DNA from: Felis catus
Lineage: Eukaryota
Direction of reading: 5' to 3'
DNA length: 64,000 bases
Assembly (NCBI RefSeq): GCF_018350175.1
Contig: NC_058368.1
Span: 183,336,001-183,400,000, forward strand
The position numbers and the translations under genes were made by a program. Below are positions 50,730-59,800 of this stretch, in pieces; within the stretch, counting starts at the first letter, position 1; the number at the start of each line of letters is the position of its first letter. The notes beneath the pieces are model-generated. The model was given only the letters and a program-made list of their open reading frames with translations, was not told the origin of the DNA and made no database searches.

Positions 50730-51364
50730 ATAGTGTTTACTTTACTTTCTTGGGGAACTGTCTTCCCCCCAAAATATTTGTGGTCCCACAGCAACTACCA
50801 AACACCATCCCACCTTGTCCTCCTGAGTCCCAGTCTCCCCTTTATGTGGTTAACATGTGACACAGACTAGATCAATCATAGTACTTCATTTTTCTGGCCA
50901 CAGTGATTATTTCTGGGTTGGAAATAATCCACTCCAGGACAAGTACGTCTCCCCTTAGGATACTATATTTGAATAAAGGGAAAGAGAAGTTTTCCCTTTC
51001 CTCTTAGATTACCAACTCTAAAGATGTGGAACTCCTTCCTTTGACCAGTGTGTGGTCAAGGTAAAATATGACTAAAACAAACAAACAAACAAATTAGTCA
51101 AGAGGAAAGCAAACAAACAACAAAAAAAACCACACACACCAAAACAAAACAAGAAAATGATGGATTTTGATAGGATTTGGGAGGGAAAAGGAGAAGAAAA
51201 AAAAGAGACCAAATCTAGACCAGTAGCATCATTAAAGTTCACAAATTTCCTGAGTCATCTCTAACCTTGGAACTTGCAACTCCATGAACCAATTTTTTTT
51301 TTATCTTATTTTATTTTGTATGCTATTTGAGTTGTTGCAACTAAAATAACCTGAACTAATTCCA
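50730..51364 (+). mobile_element. Diverged MaLR LTR (MLT1K/L-like)
   Basis: acatgtgacacagactagatcaatcatagtacttcat..ggccacagtgatt..ccatgaaccaat..ttgcaactaaaataacctgaactaat. Confidence 0.6.
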
Positions 51365-51803
51365 CAGTTAATTAATAAATTGAAATCATATTCTATTTCA
51401 ATGTCACAGTGATTCAGAATTCTTGAGCACTATTCCAATGATATAGAAAGAAAAATGAATAAATCTCTTTACTTTTAATAGAAAACTACATCCAAATAGC
51501 TTTTTCATACCCAAGCATTATATATTTCTGGGTATTCTTTGATTTATTTACATATATTGTGCAATATGAGAGCCTTTTGGAGAGTATCTCTGAAAAAATG
51601 CTGTTATTGAATGAACTCTTCCAGAAAAAGGGAACTCTGGAGACCAAATAGGTCATCCAGCTTTATCTGTGAATACTATTGTTTTAATTAATATAGTTGC
51701 TTTTCTGAAACTATTGAATTACTTTCAACCAGAGATTCTATTTCTAACCCTTATGCTATACATAAGAAGTCTAATTCTCCCTTTACAAAAACCATAGATA
51801 AAA

Positions 51804-51832
51804 CAATAACAACAACAACAACAACAACAACA
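51804..51832 (+). repeat. (AAC)n microsatellite
   Basis: Direct reading. Confidence 0.95.
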
Positions 51833-52430
51833 CCATCGATCAATTTTAGGGCATAAATGTTACAAAAATGTCATAATAGTTTTTCAACTAAAGTCTGATA
51901 GTTAAATAAGTGCCTTAATATCACCAAAGTGTTATTCCTTTATTTTCACTATTATTTATATTATTTGAGTTCTTCAAATTGATTCATATTTCTCTTCTCT
52001 ACAATGCTCCTTAGCAGCAACTGTAATCAGCATGCTATCCTTTGTGCAAAAAGCTAGCCTTACTGCTATCTTCAAAGTTTTAAATATATTTTTTTCTCCT
52101 TGGCATGGTATTTAGTGTACGTCAATCTCATGTGAACTCTGATGGTTTCCTGTTTTCAAGAGTAGCTTAAATCCAGCAATTTTCAGAAGGCTTTTTTTTT
52201 TTTAAACTTCTACTCAGCTCCACTCTTGTGTCTCCTGCTCTCTCTTGGCTTGAGTGTATTTAGCGCACACACTTCTTACTGACTCCATATTTGGATGTTT
52301 CAATTATAAATGAATAATCTTTCTTCCTACTTATATTTTACAGATTATTTTAGAACATGAATTGGGTCTTCTATTAAGTTTTGGACCCATTACTTTTTCT
52401 TGTCAAGTTATACACTAAGAATTGACTACA

Positions 52431-52630
52431 GGGGCACCTGGGTGGCTCAGTTGGTTAAGTGCCTGACTCTTGGTTTCAGCTCATGTCATGATTTCATTGT
52501 TCGTAAGTTCGAGCTGAGTCAGGCTCTGTACTGACAGCATGGAGTCTCCATGGGATTCTTCTCTCCCCTTCTCTCTCTGCACCTCCCTCCTTGCTCTCTC
52601 TCAAAATAAATAAATAAACTTAAAAAAATA
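52431..52630 (+). mobile_element. Can-SINE (older subfamily)
   Basis: ggggcacctgggtggctcagttggttaagtgcctgactcttggtttcagctc head; tail aaaataaataaataaacttaaaaaaa. Confidence 0.95.
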
Positions 52631-53534
52631 GCTCCCTACCAACATAAAAGTGACAAGAGGAATCTACTGATAGATAATAGACTACACGTTAGCAGAGAAT
52701 CAAGGCAAGTGCCGGGGAAGTTTTCATTTTGTTTTCATTCACTTAATAATGCACGTGTCTTTTTGTAACATGCTGTCATGTAGCTTCCATTACTGGGATA
52801 TAATGTTAGAATATGTTCACTCATAGCAAGTTTATATAAGAAAATAAACTTAGCCAAATAATATTTTTTTCTGCTTCTGAAAACACAATGGGTGATATTT
52901 TCCATATTAGAAAACAATGTTTTTCATAAAATTGAACTTATTTGGGTCACATTATTAGAGATGTTTTCTTCCTTTGGAAAAACTAAACACGATTATATTC
53001 TATGCCTGAATTTCTTTAATCATCAAAATATAAGGGAGATGTTTTTAACAGACTCGAAAATACCACATTCTATGTCTTTGGACTTCAACTCTAACTAACA
53101 GTAATGTTATGAGAACACAAGTTTATGTCCATATACATATGTGTATGGACATTGTCCCTTCCATTTCTAAAACACTGTTGCTATAGTTTCTAAAGCACTC
53201 AATCATGATATTTTTTTAATTAGACTAATGTCTGTTCCCTTAAAAAGCATTAATGTAATATTGAAGATTAAAATTGTAATTTATTTTAGACAATCTAGAC
53301 ATAATATTCATTCTTTCATTTGAATTTTTTTACCTTTTGAATCCCTTCACCCATCTCTCCCACTCCCAACACTATCCTCCCTGCCTCTGTTCCCTGTGTA
53401 TATGATTTTTTTTAACATTCCACATATATGAGAAATCATATGGTTATCTTTCTTTGACACATTTCACTTAGAACAATGCCCTCAAGGTCCATCCATGTTG
53501 TTGTAAATTGTAAGAATTCATTCTTTATAAGGAA

Positions 53535-53537
<3 letters not shown>

Positions 53538-53578
<41 letters not shown>

Positions 53579-53696
53579 TATATATGTATACATATACACA
53601 CACACATATATATACATATATGCATATATATGTATACATATACACACACATATATATACATATACATATATATATACATATATATACATATATATT
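53538..53696 (+). repeat. Compound (TA)n/(CA)/(TACA) microsatellite in the L1 3' region
   Basis: Direct reading. Confidence 0.97.
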
Positions 53697-54218
53697 ACAG
53701 TTTCTTTGTCCATTCATTTCTTGGTGGACATTTAGACTGTTTCCATATCTAGGCTATTGTAAATAATCCTGCAATGAATATAGGTGTGCATATATCTTTT
53801 CAAGTTAGTGTTTTCATTCTCTTCAGATAAATATCCAGAAGCGAAATTCTTGGATCATATGGTAGTTCTATTTTAAATTTTTTGATAAACCATAGTGGCA
53901 GCACCAATTTACATTCCAACCAACAGCGTATTAGGATTTCGTTTTCTCTACATCCTTGGCAACGCTTGTTTTTTTCTTGTCTTTCTGATAACAGACATTC
54001 TAACAGGTGTGAGGTGCTCTCTCATTGTGATTTTGATTTGCACTCCCCTGATGATTAGTGATGCTGAGCATCTTTTCATGTGCCTACGACCATTTATAAG
54101 TCTTCATTTTTCATTTGGAAAAATGTGTATTCATATCTTCTACTTATTTTTTACATACATTGTTTGTTTTTTTGCTATTGAGTTGTATGAGTTCTTTATA
54201 CATCTTGGATACTAGCTT

Positions 54219-54424
54219 CTTTTTTTTAAATTTTATTATTTATTTTGAGAGAGACAGAAAGAGAAGAGGAGTGTCTGAGACAGAGGAGAGGGACAATCCC
54301 AGGAAGTCTCCCTGCCATCAGTGTAGAGCTTGACATGGAACTCCAACCCACAAAACTGTGAGGTCATGACCTGAGCCAAAATCAAGAGTCAGATACTTAA
54401 CCAACTGAGCCACCCAGACACCCC
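54219..54424 (-). mobile_element. Can-SINE nested in L1
   Basis: Reverse SINE ending gagccacccagacacccc; TSD tgga(t/c)actagctt at 54206-54218 and 54425-54437. Confidence 0.95.
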
Positions 54425-56272
54425 TGGACACTAGCTTTTTACCAGTTGTATGATATGCAAAATTTTTCCCCATTCAGTAGGCTGTCATTTTGTTTGATAG
54501 TTTCCTTTGCTGTGCAGAAGCTTTTTAGTTTGCTGTACTCCACTTGTTTATTTTTGCTTTCAATTGCTTTTGCTTTTGGTGTCAGATTCAAAAAAATCAT
54601 CACTATGTCCTGTGTCAAAAAGCTTACCACCTATGTTTTCTTCTAGCAGTTTTATGGTTTCAAGTCTTATGTTCAAGTCTTTAATCCTTTGAGTTAATAT
54701 GTGTGCATGGTGAAAGATGGTGATTGAGTTTCATTCTTTTGCATGTGGCTGTCCAGTTTTCACACCACCATTTATTGAAAGGACTGTCCTTTCACCATTT
54801 ACATTTTGGTCCTTTTGTCATTAATTACTTAACCATGTATGCATGAGTTTATTTCTGGACTCTCTATTCTGCTCCACTGAACTATGTGCCTGTTTTTATA
54901 CCAAAGCCATACTATTATAATTGCTGTAGCTTTGTAATTTAATTTGAAATTAGATACCATGATACCTCAAGTTTTGTTCTTTATCAAGATTGCTTTGGCT
55001 ATCTTTTCTAGTCCTATATACATTTTAGAATTGTGGACTGCATTTTTGTGAAAAAGGTGATTGGAATTTTGGTAAGAATTGCACTGAATCTGTAAATTGC
55101 TTTCATGTAATAGTGAGGACTAAAATTTTATTTGAACTTAACTATAAACTCCTTGACGTCAGACATTATTTCTTAAAATTCTTTGTAGCAAAAAGTTCTA
55201 AGGCAGTGTTAAATTCTATCGATTGATAACTCTTCTACATTTTAGTAAGGTGTCAATCAATACCAGCTAATAAGTAAAGCAGGAATATATGCATTGTTTA
55301 TTCTTTCTAATTCATGAAAAATATGAGACTATTCTAGTAATATTTACTTACTATGATTTCATTTCAAACTTTTCTGAGTATAAGTGATTTGTGGAGTCTA
55401 TTTTTGCTTTTTTACCTTTTGTACTCTTAAAGCAATCAGACATGACAGAATGTACAATTTACTATGGGGTTGGGGGAGTGCCCCTGCTTGCATAGATTTT
55501 GTTTTACTCATATTTTCAGTCATCATAGACATGGAATTATTACACAACTGTGTCTTAAAACCATCAAAACAGTTATTTATAAAAAAGAAGAACCTCCACA
55601 TACACATTTCCAGGTTAAACTGCTGAGACACTTTTATTCTGATTTAACATTTGTATTTCTAAGTACTTATGGGCCTGCTTCTCGCAGGATAGATTTCTTA
55701 ATCTTTCCTACAGATAGGTATGTTCATTATTGCCATGCTCACATTTCCTAAATATTAAAAATAAAGTGCTGTGGTTTACATATTATTTACTGACTATTCA
55801 GAATGAATCTAAGTTATCTATATTCATTTTTTATTAAAGTAATCAACTAGATGAACATAGAAAACAAAACCAGTGAATTCAAGTCTCAACACTGTTAAAA
55901 AGGAGGGGTTTTTGTTGTTGTTGTTTTGTATTTGGTCACCAAACATCTAAATATGAGGAATTCAATTGAACTTTTACATTTGCATTAACACAAATGTAGT
56001 GAGTCTATCTGGAACACATTAGAGTGTGAAATAATAAATATCTTGTACATTTGTACCTACTGATACATACAAAGGTGAGCTCCTTACATGAGTTTACGGC
56101 TAGCACAATGAATGCTTATTTCCATACAGCATATATAGCTTGGCTAACTTCACAGATCCATTTTCATTATTATAATAAAGTTGAAACAATGATCTCTCCA
56201 CACTTTTATGGATAACTAACATGTTCATTTAAAACTCTTCAGCATTTTATAAAACAAACAAACAAACAACCA

Positions 56273-56476
56273 GTGGGTGTTTGAGTGGCTCAGTCGATTA
56301 AGCATTGGACTCTGGATTTTAGCTCAGGTCATGATCATGAATTTGAGCCCCATGCTGGGCTCTGCACTACTCATTCAGAGTCTACCTTGAATTCTCTTTC
56401 TCTCCCTGTCTCTCTGCCCCTCCCACTCTCTCTTTGACTCCCTCTCAGGATAAATTAAAAAAAAATTAAATTTAAA
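56273..56476 (+). mobile_element. Diverged Can-SINE with short internal deletion
   Basis: gagtggctcagtcgattaagcattggactctggattttagctcaggtcatgatc; TSD aaacaaacaac(c/t)a at 56260-56272 and 56477-56489. Confidence 0.9.
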
Positions 56477-56934
56477 AAACAAACAACTACAAAAAACAAA
56501 ACAAAACCAAATACCAAAAACCAAAAACCAAACAAAGAAAAAACCTCTTCAACATTTTAATTCCTGTTTAATATTCAATATCTGAACTATATATGTAAAG
56601 GCATATTAGAATATTATTTAAATATATAAATAGCAAACACATTAGGTATAATAGCTATGTTTTTTTTTTAATTTTGTTTAAATTTTGCTCCAGACTAATT
56701 TATAAATCTATACTGAGAGTTGTTATGTAACATTACTCAAATCTTTATATCATATTTATGAAAATAATCCTGTTACAAATCATGTGACCACTTCACCTTC
56801 ATTAAGATAAACCCCAGTTTTCTATTTTCTGTCCCATTACTATTTTTGTGGTTCTTATCCCTTTCTGAAATTATTTTATTTACATATTTTTTGAGTTCAT
56901 CTGTCACCCATACCAGAAGAGTTATAAGAATAGC

Positions 56935-57150
56935 AACAAAAACAACATTTAATAGCACTTAATAGTAACTTACATTTAGTGAGTAATTATTATAAGATAG
57001 AAACTATTCTAGGGACTTTACAGGAATTAACACATTGAATCCTCATTAGAAACCTCTGAACTTGGTACTATTATTATCTCTATCTGGTAGATGAAGAAAC
57101 TGAGTCACAGAGAGGTTTCCTGACTCATCCACAGTACAATTCAAACAGTG
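56935..57150 (-). mobile_element. MIR
   Basis: aatcctcattagaaacctctgaacttggtactattattatctc..agatgaagaaactgagtcacagagaggtt. Confidence 0.85.
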
Positions 57151-57415
57151 CTCTCTCGTTGCTTCTTCAATATTCTTCCTCTTTCCTTTTCACTGTTGCT
57201 TGCTTTATTCATGGTTCACTGCTAATTTCTATGAGAATCACCTTCTTTATAAAAGTGAAATAGGTGTTTCGACAAAAGTGTTAAAAGTATAATATTCAAA
57301 TATGTAAATATATATTTAGTAATATATGTTAAAATATAAATATATATACATATATATAATGAATAAAGTAGTAGTTAGGGGATACTGATCAAGATACAGT
57401 CCATTTTGCACTTTT

Positions 57416-57642
57416 TTTTCTTTTTTTTTTCTTTTTTCAACGTTTTTATTTATTTTTGGGACAGAGAGAGACAGAGCATGAACGGGGGAGGGGCAGAGAG
57501 AGAGGGAGACACAGAATCAGAAACAGGCTCCAGGCTCTGAGCCATCAGCCCAGAGCCCGACGCGGGGCTCGAACTCACTGACCGCGAGATCGTGACCTGG
57601 CTGAAGTCGGACGCTTAACCGACTGCGCCACCCAGGCGCCCC
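57416..57642 (-). mobile_element. Young Can-SINE (SINEC_Fc-like)
   Basis: Near-consensus, CpG-rich; perfect TSD cattttgcactttt at 57402-57415 and 57643-57656. Confidence 0.98.
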
Positions 57643-57792
57643 CATTTTGCACTTTTAAAATATTTCTCAGAGTAAACTGTAATAGTGAATGTCTTGTCCT
57701 CAACATTTTGGTGGCTCCTTCCTATCTGCCTCTACAATCCCCGAATACTCTTACTGAACTGTGTATATTTACAGAGGTATTTAAGGAGAATA

Positions 57793-57794
<2 letters not shown>

Positions 57795-57829
<35 letters not shown>
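57795..57829 (+). repeat. Pure A35 homopolymer
   Basis: Direct reading. Confidence 0.97.
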
Positions 57830-57832
<3 letters not shown>

Positions 57833-57864
57833 TGTCAAGTTGTCATTTAGCTATTTCGACTCTT

Positions 57865-58060
57865 GCTCCAATCTAGTTTGTGTCCCTACCAATACACTGA
57901 GATGCTCTAGTCAAGGTAACTGGCAATCTCTACCTCTGTGTTCTCACAGACACTGGTTACTTTTTTCTTCTTTCTCCTCTCTGAACTTCTCAGATACCCC
58001 CATGCTCGTTTTCCACGTAATTCACCTCCTTCTCAGTGTCTTCTGAGTTTGCACCTCTAT
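57865..58060 (+). mobile_element. LINE-2 ORF2 remnant
   Basis: ccaatctagtttgtgtccctaccaatacactgagatgctctagtcaaggtaactggcaatctc resembles L2 QSGF.P.HSTETAL.KVT.DL. Confidence 0.7.
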
Positions 58061-58929
58061 CTAAGTTTTAAATGCAAAGTTACTGAGATAAAACTACAAG
58101 CATCGGGGTAGCCCACTCAAAGAATGACCAGTAATTTGCAATAATTTACTAACTGCTGTTTTTGCTCCAATTATCAAATGCTTTGCTTCTTGCCTCTAGC
58201 TTCTTCTTTTTTTTCCAGACTATGAAAAAAAGAAAAAACAACAAAGATCTCTAAAAGTACACCTGTCTGTTACATTCAATTATTTAAACTTTATCCTCAA
58301 ACACAAGACAACCATCTTTGAAGTCGTACAGAACAGTACACACTGTACAGAAATAAAACATTAACCATATTTTCACACTTCAGATGGCAAGAGACTGTAT
58401 TCTTGGACTGAAGTGTATCTGTTGAAATAATAGAAGGTAAATGAACATATGTCTACACTATCTTAATTCACATTACTCTGAAATAAAATAATAATGAGAG
58501 TAAGGGGTAGAAAAAGATATATTCTGGTCAAATAATTTTGGTATATGTTGTTTACTATGTCTTTGCTTAAGATCACAATACACATTTGCATATAAAAGTC
58601 TCCAAAAAGCAGTACAAAGAAGAAACTGGTTAATTTGTTTAGCAGGTTTTACCAAAGCGGATTTGAATATGGTACTTTATCACAATATCTCTCTTTAATT
58701 TTGAGAGACAGTCCTACTAATACACCTTGCAACATTATTTTGTGATATGCTACTTTGGAAAATGTTACTATAGAAAAATTACCTGAATAAATAAAATCAG
58801 AAGCACTATTTACATCAATCAGTTGTCAGTATTTTATTACTGTAATTATTACTATCATCATCATCATCCTCCTCTAGATCAAGAATTGTTACTTAAGTTG
58901 AAGGAGGAAAGGAATAACAGGATCACTTT

Positions 58930-59045
58930 CTCAAAATATCTCTCTTTAGGCCCACACCAAAATTTCTGAGTCAAACTTAAAGGAGAAAAACCCAGGGAAA
59001 TAAAAAATCCTTTGGAAAAGTTCCACAGGTGATTCTAATACTGAT
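58930..59045. mobile_element. MER5-like hAT remnant
   Basis: aggcccacaccaaaatttctgagtcaaac..cccagggaa..aagttccacaggtgattctaat. Confidence 0.55.
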
Positions 59046-59479
59046 ATATTGCTCCCTTCTCCAGTTTTGTCTTTTCCCCCAATCCCTGATCTATGTAATT
59101 ATTCCTATTTTTCAGCTTTACTTGGTTTTATAAATGAGCATATTAATCTCTCAATTCCAAATGTGACAAATATAACCACAAATTTTGCCATTAGTTTTAA
59201 GGGTTCATAGAAAGCCTTGTTCTTGTTTCCTTAGGTATCTAAACTGGTAGACTTTACATAAATAATAATTTCACTCAAAACATCTCTAATTTGGGGCCCA
59301 TAGATCATGCTGCAAATTTTCCTATAGTGAATTAAAAATTATTCAGCTCTGTGGTATTTCAGCTTAGCACTACAGTTTAACAAGTACCAATGAATGTTCT
59401 CATTGGAAAAATATAATGAATATTGTATTTGCACGATTATATTTATATTATATAAACCAATGTTCAAAGCTGAGGAAAC

Positions 59480-59800
59480 AATCAACAAAATTCAAGAAGA
59501 GTTGAATTTACCAGTGAGATCATTTTCAAATTATTGGGAAGCATGATCTTTTTAAAACTAACAGGATCTGGCATTGGTTGTTTTGAATTGATGGTCTGTT
59601 TTGACCATACTGGCCAAGCTGGTTGTAAGACATTCAACTTTAAGTTCCAACTGGCTTTTGCTATACACATGTGGATCCAATATTCATTCATCTGGCTTTA
59701 GTTACAGTCCCACTTTAATTTGTGAAGGATTTGTCCACTTTATCAACTGATATTTATTCATTTTACTTGACTTCCAAATTGGCAGGACCTCTCTAACACC
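59480..59800 (-). mobile_element. Probable ancient RTE-clade LINE (L4/MamRTE-like) RT remnant
   Basis: Minus-strand translation across a frameshift gives KVDKSFTN*SGTVT..CIAKASWNLK..PVWSKQTINSK, similar to RTE VDKFTYLGSTLS..RIAKAS.AFG.L...VW....I..K. Confidence 0.5.

Larger units (their letters stand above)
53276..55104 (-). mobile_element. 5'-truncated LINE-1 (L1MA/carnivore-age), ORF2 C-terminus and 3' UTR
   Basis: atttcacttagaacaatgccctcaaggtccatccatgttgttg; ttcctttgctgtgcagaagcttttt (reverse KSFCTAKE, also in ORF 54439-54630); ends ttgcactgaatctgtaaattgcttt; long imperfect TSD. Confidence 0.95.

Noticed and set aside
53436..54692. ORFs rich in YI/HI/CV repeats and neighbouring ORFs
   Set aside because: Translation of a TA/CA microsatellite and of decayed L1 sequence
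57685..58046. Poly-lysine ORFs
   Set aside because: Caused by the A35 homopolymer
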